Shown here in pieces: positions 30,475 through 40,315 of a stretch of DNA of 45,040 bases. The position numbers and the translations under genes are program-made. Every line of letters begins with the position of its first letter. The stretch's first letter is position 1. The notes beneath the pieces were generated by a model that made no database searches, was not told the DNA's origin, and was given only the letters and a program-made list of their open reading frames with translations. The stretch lies in the NCBI GenBank assembly GCA_038243585.1, contig JBBSQY010000026.1:1-45040 (forward strand), in the 5' to 3' direction. Source of the DNA: Candidatus Sumerlaeales bacterium. Its GTDB lineage: Bacteria; Sumerlaeota; Sumerlaeia; Sumerlaeales; Sumerlaeaceae.

Positions 30475-32688
30475 ATGGCCACCGTGAGCCCACTTACCGC
30501 AAATTTTACAGATACTGAGTCAGTTCTCACGTATATCCTTGGCGATGCCCGGGATAAATACACAGAGGACGACATCGATCTGGTCTCGCGCGCCTACGAG
30601 TTTTCCCGCGCATCTCACGGAGACCAGAAACGCGCCAGCGGCGAACCCTATATTCTTCATCCCGTGGAAGTGGCCCGCATTGTTGCGGATAGAGGACTCG
30701 ACGCTCACGGACTCGCTGCGGCCCTTCTCCACGACACTCTGGAAGACTGTTGCGTAAGCCATGAACAGCTCTCTGAAATGTTTAGCCCCCAGGTGGCTGA
30801 CTTGGTGGAAGGCGTCACCAAAATCTCCGCCTTGAATTTTGGCACACGCAAAGAAGAACAGGTGGAGAACCTGCGCAAGATGATACTGGCCATGGCGCGA
30901 GACATCCGCGTTGTGATCATTAAACTTGCCGACCGTCTTCATAACCTCAGGACCCTTACCCACCTGTCGCCCGAAAAACGCTTGAAAATCGCCCAGGATA
31001 CCATGGATGTATACGCCCCCCTGGCCAATCGTCTGGGCATGACCCGGATCAAAAGCGAACTTGAAGACGGCAGTATGTATTACCTGCAGCCGAAGGCATA
31101 CAAAGAGATCGCTCACAAGGTCGCCCTTAAAAGAACGGAACGTGAGGCCCTCGTTCAAAAAAGCATAGAGGTTCTAAACACCGAACTCGATGCTCAGGAT
31201 ATTAAAGCGGAAATTAAGGGGCGCTCAAAACATCTCTGGTCTATTTACCTAAAAATGGAAGGCCAGGATATGCCTTTCGACCAGATTCATGACCTCATCG
31301 GTCTGCGGGTCGTGTGTGAGGACGTACCGACCTGCTACGAAATTCTGGGCATCGTCCACAAGCTCTGGCGTCCCATCCCCGGCCGATTTAAAGACTACAT
31401 CGCCATGCCCAAAGAAAATATGTATCAAAGCCTTCATACCAGCGTTGTGGGCCTGGGCGGCCACCGAATTGAGATACAGGCGCGCACCTTTGAGATGCAC
31501 CGGTTTGCGGAAGAAGGAATCGCTGCTCACTGGAAATACAAAGAAGGCGTTCGCGGCAATCTGGATCTGGAAGATAAACTGGCCTGGCTGCGCAAACTGA
31601 CCGATTGGCTGAACGACGTTCGCGACCCCGGCGAGTTCATGGATGCTCTTCAGAAAGACGTCTTCTCAGACACCGTTTTTTGCTTCACCCCTCGCGGCGA
31701 CGTCATTGAATTGCCTGCCGGATCCACGCCTCTGGATTTCGCTTACGCCATCCACACCAACGTCGGAGAAAGTTGCACCGGCGCCAAGGTAAACCACCGA
31801 ATCGTACCCTTGCGCTATACGCTCCACAACGGCGATTTCGTTGAGATCTTTACAAGCAAGAATGGCCACCCCTCTCCGGACTGGTTGGACATTGTTAAAA
31901 CCAGCCGCGCCCGCACAAAAATCAAGCACTGGCTTCGTACGCGCAACTTTGCAGAGAACGTAGAAAAGGGCCGGGACCTTCTCGCTCGGGCCGTGCGAGC
32001 TCGCGGATTGTCCCTGGACTGGAGCGTAATGGCCGAGCGCGCCGCCCCTGCTCTGAAAGGCTTCAAGGTGCAGTCGTTCGACGAACTGCTGGGAGAAATC
32101 GGATTTGGTGGACTGTTGGCAATCAACGTCGTTCACCGCCTTTTCCCGGAATCGTCTGCCCCCGCCGAAGAGGCAGAAACGGCTAAGCCAAAAAAAGGCT
32201 CCCGCGAAAGCCGCAAACGTAAGGATCAGGGCGTCATTGTTGAGAACCTTCCATCCACGGTTCTCAGGTTCGGTCTATGCTGCAGCCCCGTTCCCGGAGA
32301 CGAAATTGTAGGGTTTGTTACCTATGGTCGCGGCGTTACGATTCACCAGAAAACCTGCAAGACGCTCGCCGGAATCATGGCCAATAACGGTAACGAAGCG
32401 CGAATTCTCAGTGCAGAGTGGGATTACCAACACCCCCCCGTACGCCGTGTAACAATACGAGTCGAATGCCAGGACAGGCGTGGTCTGTTAGCGGATATAA
32501 CCAGCGTAATGACCAGCAACAATATCTTCATCCATGAAAGCAAATCCAAAAGCAAAGCAGATGCTGCTGTTTTAAAGTTTACCATAGAGGTTAAAGATGT
32601 GCATCAGCTTAATAACCTGTTTAGCCAGCTACGACAGGTCAAAGGCGTTGTAAACATTGGCCGCGATAGTAGATCGCCGCAGGCATAA
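30475..32688 (+). CDS. rel: Bifunctional (p)ppGpp synthetase/hydrolase (long RSH: HD, SYNTH, TGS, ZFD, ACT)
   Basis: Intact hydrolase motifs (HGDQKRASGEPYILHP, LLHDTLED), RFKDYIA, YQSLHT, TGS (TPLDFAYAIHT), CCSPVPGD and ACT (DRRGLLADIT). Confidence 0.95.
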   Translation: MATVSPLTANFTDTESVLTYILGDARDKYTEDDIDLVSRAYEFSRASHGDQKRASGEPYILHPVEVARIVADRGLDAHGLAAALLHDTLEDCCVSHEQLSEMFSPQVADLVEGVTKISALNFGTRKEEQVENLRKMILAMARDIRVVIIKLADRLHNLRTLTHLSPEKRLKIAQDTMDVYAPLANRLGMTRIKSELEDGSMYYLQPKAYKEIAHKVALKRTEREALVQKSIEVLNTELDAQDIKAEIKGRSKHLWSIYLKMEGQDMPFDQIHDLIGLRVVCEDVPTCYEILGIVHKLWRPIPGRFKDYIAMPKENMYQSLHTSVVGLGGHRIEIQARTFEMHRFAEEGIAAHWKYKEGVRGNLDLEDKLAWLRKLTDWLNDVRDPGEFMDALQKDVFSDTVFCFTPRGDVIELPAGSTPLDFAYAIHTNVGESCTGAKVNHRIVPLRYTLHNGDFVEIFTSKNGHPSPDWLDIVKTSRARTKIKHWLRTRNFAENVEKGRDLLARAVRARGLSLDWSVMAERAAPALKGFKVQSFDELLGEIGFGGLLAINVVHRLFPESSAPAEEAETAKPKKGSRESRKRKDQGVIVENLPSTVLRFGLCCSPVPGDEIVGFVTYGRGVTIHQKTCKTLAGIMANNGNEARILSAEWDYQHPPVRRVTIRVECQDRRGLLADITSVMTSNNIFIHESKSKSKADAAVLKFTIEVKDVHQLNNLFSQLRQVKGVVNIGRDSRSPQA

Positions 32689-32934
32689 GATTGTGTCTAA
32701 GTGGCAAAAACCGCTAATGATGGTGTAAGCCTGTCAGCTTTGCAGTGACCAGAACTTAAACACTAAGCAGTCAATAAAAGCTTTGTCATTGATGCTAAAG
32801 CTGAAGATGTTAAGTCTAAGCACTTATTTGACAGTAACCTACAGCATCGGTTGTCTCTATAGGCAGCCATCTGTTTAGTTGGCACATGACTGGTAAAGAA
32901 AACATGTATGATCTTGCTTAATATCGGGGCTAAA

Positions 32935-33657
32935 ATGGTGCTGCAGTTTAAAATTTTTAATTTGAGTCTTCTGGCAGGCTTCATCTTGTTATCAATGCAG
33001 GCTGTCGCGCAGCCAGGTATGCCTGGCCCCCCACCCGGCATGCCCGGCTCTGATGGCCCCAGACAAAGTGGGCCCTACGGTCCCTCCTCCCGTTCTCCAG
33101 TGTCCCCATATTCCGGTCCCGGAAGTCAGTCCTTTTCAACTGGTCCCCGTGGTGGTAGCCCGGACACTGCCCCCCGGTCCCAATCGCAACCAACACGTTT
33201 TGGGTCGATCCCGGATTCCCCAGCCAACAGCGGAAGACAACAAAATGGCTTTCCATCGTTTCCAAATTCCGGTAGATCTCCGGGCATGCAGGGCTCTTCG
33301 GGGCCGTCTCCTGCAGACACCGCAAAAATGCAGCAGGCACTGCACCAGCGGGATTACCAGGCCATTGGAGAAGAGAACCGCGGCGTGAGAAACCGGGCTA
33401 AAGAAATTCAGGATCTAGGACCCGGAATGCCGGTGCAGGATCGTATAAAGCTGCCACTCATAGGGCAGATGTACCGCCAGGGCGCAGATATGGTAGACGA
33501 TGGCAGAACCAGACAGGATGAGTCAAAAATTCGCGTCGGAATACAACAGATAAATGAAGCCAACGAAAAGCTGGACCATTTAAAAGGCTCGATGGATCGT
33601 CATTCTCCGGGCCCTTATGGCCCTCAACAGCAAGCTGGACCTCGGCCAGGGCGCTGA
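32935..33657 (+). CDS. Hypothetical secreted Pro/Gly/Ser-rich protein with a helical C-terminus
   Basis: Signal peptide ending AVA, about 110 aa of low complexity, then predicted helices. Start could be 32908 or 32935. Confidence 0.6.
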   Translation: MVLQFKIFNLSLLAGFILLSMQAVAQPGMPGPPPGMPGSDGPRQSGPYGPSSRSPVSPYSGPGSQSFSTGPRGGSPDTAPRSQSQPTRFGSIPDSPANSGRQQNGFPSFPNSGRSPGMQGSSGPSPADTAKMQQALHQRDYQAIGEENRGVRNRAKEIQDLGPGMPVQDRIKLPLIGQMYRQGADMVDDGRTRQDESKIRVGIQQINEANEKLDHLKGSMDRHSPGPYGPQQQAGPRPGR

Positions 33658-33765
33658 TTCTGGCGCTAGCCTAAGCTGGAACAAAATCATATAGATAAAT
33701 ACGATTAGGTAAATACGATGTCCTGGTCGCAGAAGCCAGGTATCCTTCGTAATCGCAATGCTAAC

Positions 33766-34482
33766 TCAGCTGCGGTCGCCGAAAATCGCCGTTCCGATGC
33801 GAACCATTGTCGACCCTTCTTCAATCGCCACCTTATAATCGCCACTCATCCCCATAGATAATTCTCTTGGCGAAAATCTCGGATCACTAATTTTTTTTGA
33901 GAGCGATTCTCTGATTTCGTATAGCGACCTAAATACCGGTCGTGCCTCTTCCGGGCCGGCAAACGGTGCCATGGTCATAAACCCGTCAATAGTTAACTCG
34001 GGGCAGCTGTCCAAGATGGCATTCACATGATTTTCCAAGTCGCCAGCCGAAAAGCCACTCTTCGATTCTTCACCACTGATATTGACTTGTATCAGGACCG
34101 ACATAACTTTGTTTTCCTCCGCAGCAAAGCGGTTGATCTCTCGGGCAAGACGAAGCGAGTCAATCGAATGGATCATATCGAAATTCTGCACCGCCTGTCG
34201 CGCCTTGTTCGATTGCAGATGTCCGATCAGATGCCACTTCAAAGACGAGCAGGCGGCGTCACCCTTCAGCGTCTCAATTTTCGGAATTGCCTCCTGCACG
34301 CGATTCTCTGCCGCATCGGTTAACCCCGCTCTCACGGCTGCCGCCACATACTCAGCCGGATAAGTTTTCGTAACGGCAATAAGCGTCACTTCGCCAGGGG
34401 TCCGCCCCGCCCTTGCCGTCGCATCGGCTATCTCCGTTTGAATCCGCTCAATGTTTTCTGAAATATGCAAAAGTTCAGTCAT
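33766..34482 (-). CDS. yggS: PLP homeostasis protein, YggS/PROSC family
   Basis: LIAVTKT, ENRVQE, WHLIGHLQSNK, ELSMGMSGDY and GSTMVRIGTAIFG. Confidence 0.96.
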   Translation of the reverse strand: MTELLHISENIERIQTEIADATARAGRTPGEVTLIAVTKTYPAEYVAAAVRAGLTDAAENRVQEAIPKIETLKGDAACSSLKWHLIGHLQSNKARQAVQNFDMIHSIDSLRLAREINRFAAEENKVMSVLIQVNISGEESKSGFSAGDLENHVNAILDSCPELTIDGFMTMAPFAGPEEARPVFRSLYEIRESLSKKISDPRFSPRELSMGMSGDYKVAIEEGSTMVRIGTAIFGDRS

Positions 34483-34601
34483 AGTAAAATGAGCTACATC
34501 CGGCTCCCCGGATTTATCAATATCCGTCAGTTTCAACATTATGAATCAACGAAACGACTTTTGGTTTCTGCCAGATAAAGTTAAAGATCGAGGGCGTTCG
34601 G

Positions 34602-35426
34602 ATGTCTCCATTTGAAAAGACGGTGGGTTTCATTGGATCGGGCAATATGGCCCGAGCTATAATTAGGGGCATGATTACCACCGGGCTCGTCGCTCCCGGT
34701 CAGGTTTGGATTTCCGATGCAAACCCAGACCAGGTGGTCAAGCTGGCTGCAGAAACCGGCGTAAACGCTGTCGAAAGCAATACCCATCTGGCGCAGCAAA
34801 GCGACATCCTCATCCTGGCCACAAAGCCCCACCATGTGGTTGGGGTGATGCAAGAAATTCAAAATGTCCTTGTGCCCGAGAGACATCTCGTCATCTCGAT
34901 CTGCGCTGGCGTCAGAACGCCCACAATAGAAAATTCCGCTACAGCCGGCGTGCGTGTAATTCGGGTAATGCCAAACACACCCGCTCTCATAGGATGCGGT
35001 TCCGCTGCCATCTCCGGCGGCAAACACGCCAGCAGCGACGACTTAAAAGTGGCCTCTCAGATTTTTGACTCCGTAGGCGTATCCGTCGTGGTAGATGAAG
35101 ACAAACTTGATGCGGTCACCGGCGTCAGCGGCAGCGGCCCCGCTTACGTATTCCGGTTTATGGAAGCACTCCTAGCGGCCGCCGAGCAGCAAGGTCTAAC
35201 CCGCGAAGAAGCTCACGTTCTCGTTCCACAGATGGTGCTGGGCGCCGCGCGTATGGCCGTAGAAGGGGAGCGGAGCCTTGAAGACCTGAGACAAGCGGTA
35301 ACCACCCCAGGCGGCACAACCGCCGCCGGTCTTCGCGTGCTTGAAGAGAACAACTTTATGGAACTCATCGACAGATGCGTAACCGCCGCCACGGCCCGCA
35401 GTCGAGAACTGGCGCAGGATTCCTGA
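34602..35426 (+). CDS. proC: Pyrroline-5-carboxylate reductase
   Basis: GFIGSGNMA, RVMPNTP, SGSGPAY and VTTPGGTT. Confidence 0.97.
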   Translation: MSPFEKTVGFIGSGNMARAIIRGMITTGLVAPGQVWISDANPDQVVKLAAETGVNAVESNTHLAQQSDILILATKPHHVVGVMQEIQNVLVPERHLVISICAGVRTPTIENSATAGVRVIRVMPNTPALIGCGSAAISGGKHASSDDLKVASQIFDSVGVSVVVDEDKLDAVTGVSGSGPAYVFRFMEALLAAAEQQGLTREEAHVLVPQMVLGAARMAVEGERSLEDLRQAVTTPGGTTAAGLRVLEENNFMELIDRCVTAATARSRELAQDS

Positions 35427-35531
35427 ACTCCAAGTCGTTTTCCTTCAAGAACCCATTGACAAGCGCCCGACGCGCTTCTGAGTTAGGCGCTTAAGAGCTG
35501 ATTGATTTCAGGAAGGAATCATTGACGACAG

Positions 35532-37361
35532 ATGTGGGCTTGGAAAAAGTTTCTGGCTGGGGGATGCGTGGTAATGATGCACTTGGCTGGCTGGGGCGCG
35601 CCGGATGAAAAAATGATGTCTGATGCCATAGCTCTGCGTGATCAGGGTGAGTTTGAGAAAGCAACCCGCGCCTTTCAATCCTGGCTCGATCAGAACACCT
35701 CCGGTGTAGAAGAATCAGATCGCCGTATCGTCGAATTCGAAATCGAGCGCATCCATAGAATCCGGCAGGACTATCGCCTGACCAGGGAACGTCTCCTTAC
35801 GGATATGCAGGATCGGCTGACTACCTTCACAGAAGCAGAGCTGGACAGCCTGGAACGGGAGGGAAAGCTCGACGTGCAAATGATCGACGGGCAGAAACTC
35901 TACGTAAACCCCAGTGCGTCAAACCTGCTTTTCCGGGTGCCAGGGTTGCGGGCGAGAGTCCGCAAACCCCAAAAAAATTCCGCCTACCGTCGCCTGTACG
36001 AACACATGCTCACAGCGGAAAAAGCCGCCACCCTGACAAGTTTGTCGCTGGTGCTCCCTCAGGATTTCCTCGTGACATACACGCTGACAGTTAACTCTAA
36101 CGCCGCGACCGAAGGCAAGACCATCCGCTGCTGGTTGCCGTTTATGCACAGCTTCCCATACCATGCCGACGCCGCGATTTTAAAGGCGAGTCCCGGACTC
36201 AAAGCCATTGCACCGGCGGAATATCCCCACCGGACAGTTTATATGGAGCAGACCACCGCCAAAGATAAGCCGACCACGTTCGATCTCAGCTTCGTATATA
36301 GAAGCTGGGCGCGCGTGCATAAGCCAGATGCAGCGAAAATTGAACAATATGACAAAAATGCGCCGGCCTACGCTTTCTACACGGCCGAACGGAAACCCCA
36401 CATCGATTTTTCCAACGAAGAACTTCAGCGGATAGACGCGGAAGTCAGCGCCGGCGACGGCAACCCGCTCCTTCTTGCCCGCCGGATCTTCGACTGGGTC
36501 GCAAACAACACCATTTACCAGTATGCCCGCGAATACTCCACCATAGACAACATGAGCTTTTATACAGCCTCGCGCCGCGCCGGCGACTGCGGTCAGCATG
36601 GGATGCTGTTCATCGCTCTCTGCCGTATGAACGGCATACCCGCCCGCTGGACGACCGGCTGGGAATCCTTTGCCCATAGCGGCGTCAACATGCACGACTG
36701 GTGCGAATTTTACGTCGAACCCTACGGCTGGCTGCCCGCTGATCCCGACATGGCCGTTAACATATTGAACTACTCCAATGACGAACTGACCTCCGACCAG
36801 CAAAAGACCCTTGCCGGGTGGATGTTCGGCAACCTTGACCACTACAGGCTCACGGTCAACAGCGATTTCAGCCGCACCCTGTATCCCCCCAAAACCGACT
36901 TTCGTAGCGAAACCGTCGACTTCCAACGCGGAGAAGTTGAGGCTGACGGCAAAAACTTGTATTTTGATAAGTGGAAATACAAAATGCAGATTAAGCCCGT
37001 TGACGCTAAAAGGGCAGAAGCACTCCGTAGCCAGTTTGTGCCGGAACCAGTAAAGATGCCGGCACCCACCCCAACGCCCGCGCCAACTCCAAAGCCAACC
37101 CCAATACCAACGCCCGCACCCACCCCGGCGCCAACGCCAACGCCTACTCCCGAGGTAACGCCAACACCGGCTCCAACTCCAGTTCCAACACCCACCCCAG
37201 CGCCAACACCAACTCCAACCCCAACACCAACACCAACTCCAACCCCAGCGCCATCACCAACGCCAACACCAACCCCAACGCCTGAAGCAACACCAACCGT
37301 CCAATCCGAGGCGACAGCCTCAACCGCAACCGCCGATGAGAAAACCTCCCCAACTGAGTAA
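35532..37361 (+). CDS. Secreted transglutaminase-like (Cys-His-Asp) protein with a C-terminal Pro/Thr repeat tail
   Basis: Signal-like N-terminus. Catalytic [35 protein letters not shown]. The tail is a (PT/PA)n tract. Confidence 0.85.
   Translation: MWAWKKFLAGGCVVMMHLAGWGAPDEKMMSDAIALRDQGEFEKATRAFQSWLDQNTSGVEESDRRIVEFEIERIHRIRQDYRLTRERLLTDMQDRLTTFTEAELDSLEREGKLDVQMIDGQKLYVNPSASNLLFRVPGLRARVRKPQKNSAYRRLYEHMLTAEKAATLTSLSLVLPQDFLVTYTLTVNSNAATEGKTIRCWLPFMHSFPYHADAAILKASPGLKAIAPAEYPHRTVYMEQTTAKDKPTTFDLSFVYRSWARVHKPDAAKIEQYDKNAPAYAFYTAERKPHIDFSNEELQRIDAEVSAGDGNPLLLARRIFDWVANNTIYQYAREYSTIDNMSFYTASRRAGDCGQHGMLFIALCRMNGIPARWTTGWESFAHSGVNMHDWCEFYVEPYGWLPADPDMAVNILNYSNDELTSDQQKTLAGWMFGNLDHYRLTVNSDFSRTLYPPKTDFRSETVDFQRGEVEADGKNLYFDKWKYKMQIKPVDAKRAEALRSQFVPEPVKMPAPTPTPAPTPKPTPIPTPAPTPAPTPTPTPEVTPTPAPTPVPTPTPAPTPTPTPTPTPTPTPAPSPTPTPTPTPEATPTVQSEATASTATADEKTSPTE
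37059..37300 (+). repeat. Degenerate 6-bp coding repeat encoding Pro-Thr/Pro-Ala dipeptides
   Basis: CCAACG/CCAACA/CCAACT/CCAACC runs translate to [15 protein letters not shown]...PEATPT. Confidence 0.9.
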
Positions 37362-37514
37362 ACCTGCCCCGCCCCAGACACAACGCCACGAACAACCCTT
37401 TCCCGTTCTTTAGATATTTCCTTCTTCTACCGTCCTTTGCGCCCTGGCGACAAACACGTAGCTCACCGTCAAACGCGAATCCATTAGAATTCATTTCCAT
37501 CAGAAAGTCAAACC

Positions 37515-38333
37515 ATGCTCAATCACATCTGGGCGTTCCTGATCGTCGTCGGTATCCTCACCGGCCTCGGCGGAGCCGTCTATAAGGCGCAGACCGGCAC
37601 AACGATCACAAAAGTTGTCGATGGGGTAAAGGTCACCGAAACTGTCCGCTACTCAACCTGGAAACAAAAAGTCGATTCCATAACCGATGCCGGAAATCGC
37701 ATGGCCGGAGAGATGTTCGACATGGTGGGCTTCCAATACACCACCGACGACGGCAGAGTCCGCGACGGTGCTGTCGGTATCGCCATAGGCTACGTCGGCC
37801 TTATCGCGTTCTGGCTCGGACTGATGAAGCTGGCCGAAGCCGCTGGCCTGGTCGCCGCCCTGTCGCGCTTTATCTCGCCCCTCTTTCGCCTGATATTTCC
37901 CGGCGTGCCCAGGGATCATCCCGCCTCCGGTGCCATACTGCTCAATTTTTCCGCCAACATGCTCGGCCTCGACAACGCAGCCACACCCCTGGGCATTAAA
38001 GCCATGCAGGAGTTGCAAAAGCTGAACGGCAAAAAAGACACCGCCACCCATGCCATGTGCATGTTTTTATGTCTGAACGTGTCCAGCCTGACCATAGTTC
38101 CTGCCAGCATAATCGCGCTGAGAGCGAGCCAGGGCAGCGCGTCCCCCGCTCAATTCTGGCCCGTCATGCTGGTCGCCACCTTTATCGGATCGGCGACAGC
38201 GCTGCTGCTGTGTAAACTGATGGCCCGCCTGAGCCCGGACAACCCCAGACCCGGCGAACCCGGAGCAGATGACGGCAACCAGGTCGCTCCCGCCTCTCCC
38301 GCCAGCCTCGCCCATGAACAGGAGCCCGCCTGA
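37515..38333 (+). CDS. spmA: Spore maturation protein A-like membrane protein (nucleoside-recognition/gate domain)
   Basis: MLNHIW, FWLGLMKLAE, DHPA.GAILLNFSANMLGLDNAATPLGIKAMQELQ and MFLCLNVSSLT. Confidence 0.88.
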   Translation: MLNHIWAFLIVVGILTGLGGAVYKAQTGTTITKVVDGVKVTETVRYSTWKQKVDSITDAGNRMAGEMFDMVGFQYTTDDGRVRDGAVGIAIGYVGLIAFWLGLMKLAEAAGLVAALSRFISPLFRLIFPGVPRDHPASGAILLNFSANMLGLDNAATPLGIKAMQELQKLNGKKDTATHAMCMFLCLNVSSLTIVPASIIALRASQGSASPAQFWPVMLVATFIGSATALLLCKLMARLSPDNPRPGEPGADDGNQVAPASPASLAHEQEPA

Positions 38334-38908
38334 TGAACGACCTCACCCCCGACAACCTTCCCGGCTGGCAGATCATCTCCGAGATGACCTCCGGCTGGAT
38401 GATCCCGTTCATCATCCTTTTCGTAGTCTGTTTCGCCTACGCCCGCCGCGTCAAAGTCTACGAAGTATTCGTCGAAGGCGCCAAAGAAGGCTTCGACGTG
38501 GCCGTCATGATCATCCCATATTTAATAGCAATCTTCGCCGCGATAGCCCTGTTCCGGGCCAGCGGCGCGCTCGATTTTGTAGCCGGAGCCTTCGCCGCCA
38601 TCGTCGCACCAGCCGTCATGCCGGCAGAAATCCTGATGATGGCGCTGATCAAACCCATGAGCGGCAGCGGCGCCCGTGGACTTATGATGGACGTATTCGG
38701 CAACTACGGCGTAGACAGCTACCCCGGCTTTCTCGCATCAGCCATCCAGGGCAGCACAGAAACAACCTTCTACGTAGTCGCAGTATACTTCGGAGCAGTA
38801 GGAGTCCGAAACACCCGATACACCGTAGGCGTAGGCCTCTTCGCAGAACTAGTAGCCGTTATAGTATCAACAATACTAGCCTACCTATACTGGCAGACAG
38901 CCGGATAG
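38333..38908 (+). CDS. spmB: Spore maturation protein B-like membrane protein
   Basis: VKVYEVFVEGAKEG, FRASGA, PMSGSGA and GSTETTFYVVAVYFGAVG. TGATG overlap with spmA. Confidence 0.9.
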   Translation: MNDLTPDNLPGWQIISEMTSGWMIPFIILFVVCFAYARRVKVYEVFVEGAKEGFDVAVMIIPYLIAIFAAIALFRASGALDFVAGAFAAIVAPAVMPAEILMMALIKPMSGSGARGLMMDVFGNYGVDSYPGFLASAIQGSTETTFYVVAVYFGAVGVRNTRYTVGVGLFAELVAVIVSTILAYLYWQTAG

Positions 38909-39137
38909 CTTCTTCACGGCCTCGCAATTCAGAAGACACAGTTCCGCATTTTTCGGCGAAGCCGAGTGAGGTCATATGTGGACGGGAGCTTCTTCCCCGT
39001 CCACATTTAGCTTTTCTTTCTTTAGCAGTTCCTTTCTTCTGCTTTTCTTCGTGTCTTCGCGTCAAAATTTCCCAAGCCACCACTTCCAGCCCAACAACCG
39101 CCACCATCACCACCACCAGCCCTCAAAAAACAACCCA

Positions 39138-40049
39138 ATGCTAACCACATTTCTCATCTCATACGCCATCTACTGGGCAATCCTCCTGACAGCCAAAGCC
39201 ACAGCCAAAGCCCGCGCCCGCCCAATCGCCGCCACCCTAGCCGCCCACCTGCGCGTCCACATCCTCATCATCGGCTCCATCATCATGATTGCCCCATTCT
39301 ACTGGATGCTCTCCACCTCCCTAAAAGACAGCTCCAATGCCATGGCCTACCCGCCCACATGGTGGCCCGCTGCTCCCCGCTGGACCAACTACCGCGACGC
39401 CTGGAACCGCCCGGAAGTCGGTTTCGGCCGCTACTACTGGGTCAGCGCATACACCTCCGTCGTCGTCACCGCCGGCACCCTCTTCACCAGCATCCTCGCC
39501 GCCTACGCCTTCGCCAGAATGAACTTTACCGGCAAAACATTCCTCTTCTACCTCGTCCTCGCCACCCTCATGGTCCCCGGCCAGGTACTCATAATCCCAG
39601 ACTACATCATCCTCGCCCGCCTGCAATGGCTCGACAGCTACAAGGCCCTCACGGCACCCTGGCTCGCCAGCGTGTTCAGCATCTTCCTGATGCGCCAATT
39701 CTTCATGACCCTGCCAGCCGACCTCTGGGACGCCGCACAGATCGACGGCGCCGGGCGCTGGCGCTTTCTATGGCGCGTCGCCGTCCCCCTCAGCGTGCCC
39801 GTCCTCATCACCACCGGAATCTTCAGCTTCGTCGCCACCTGGAACAGCCTCCTCTGGCCCCTCGTCGTCACCAGCCGCCCCGAGATGCGAACGTTAATGG
39901 TAGGCCTGCAAGTCTTCACCAGCGAAGCCGGAGGAGAATACCACCTGCTAATGGCCGCCTCCGCCTTCTGCATCCTGCCGGTGGTCGCCGCGTTTTTCCT
40001 GCTCCAACGCTTCTTCATAGAAGGGATAGCGCGAAGCGGACTAAAGTAA
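39138..40049 (+). CDS. Carbohydrate ABC transporter permease (MalG-like), orphan
   Basis: PFYWMLSTSLK, AAYAFAR, FLMRQFF, an EAA loop (DAAQIDGA) and LQRFFIEG. ATG 39138 preferred over the ORF-track start 38976. Confidence 0.9.
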   Translation: MLTTFLISYAIYWAILLTAKATAKARARPIAATLAAHLRVHILIIGSIIMIAPFYWMLSTSLKDSSNAMAYPPTWWPAAPRWTNYRDAWNRPEVGFGRYYWVSAYTSVVVTAGTLFTSILAAYAFARMNFTGKTFLFYLVLATLMVPGQVLIIPDYIILARLQWLDSYKALTAPWLASVFSIFLMRQFFMTLPADLWDAAQIDGAGRWRFLWRVAVPLSVPVLITTGIFSFVATWNSLLWPLVVTSRPEMRTLMVGLQVFTSEAGGEYHLLMAASAFCILPVVAAFFLLQRFFIEGIARSGLK

Positions 40050-40129
40050 CATAGCCCTCCCGCCAGAAGTAGCATAGGCGTCCCGCCTGTGTAGCAAATC
40101 ACGAGATAGCATAGGCGTCCCGGCTGTGT
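40046..40129 (+). repeat. Cluster of REP-like GTAGCATAGGCGTCCCGCCTGTGT copies
   Basis: Copies at 40069-40092 and 40106-40129, with a degenerate one at 40046-40066. Core palindrome CATAGGCG/CGCCTGTG. Confidence 0.75.
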
Positions 40130-40315
40130 CCCAGTACGAAGCATCGCACAATCACGAGCAAAGTAAAAGCAATTCCAAGACGGACCAACGGTCGCCGAAC
40201 TCCTAAAGCATCGGGCAGCCTAAATCACGACACCAAGAAAATTTTAAAAAAACAAGCTTAAATCCCTAAAGCATCGGTAGCTTCTTACCAAATAGTCTAA
40301 TGAATGGAGAAATGC

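Noticed and set aside
36842..37381. Gly-Val repeat ORF on the - strand
   Set aside because: It is simply the reverse complement of the Pro-Thr repeat.
37515..38908. spmAB as evidence of endospore formation
   Set aside because: These genes also occur in non-sporulating bacteria and no other sporulation genes are in the window.
38269..40054. Arg/Pro/His-rich alternative-frame ORFs 38269..39144 and 39359..40054
   Set aside because: By-products of the C-rich codon bias of spmB and the permease, which removes stop codons from other frames.
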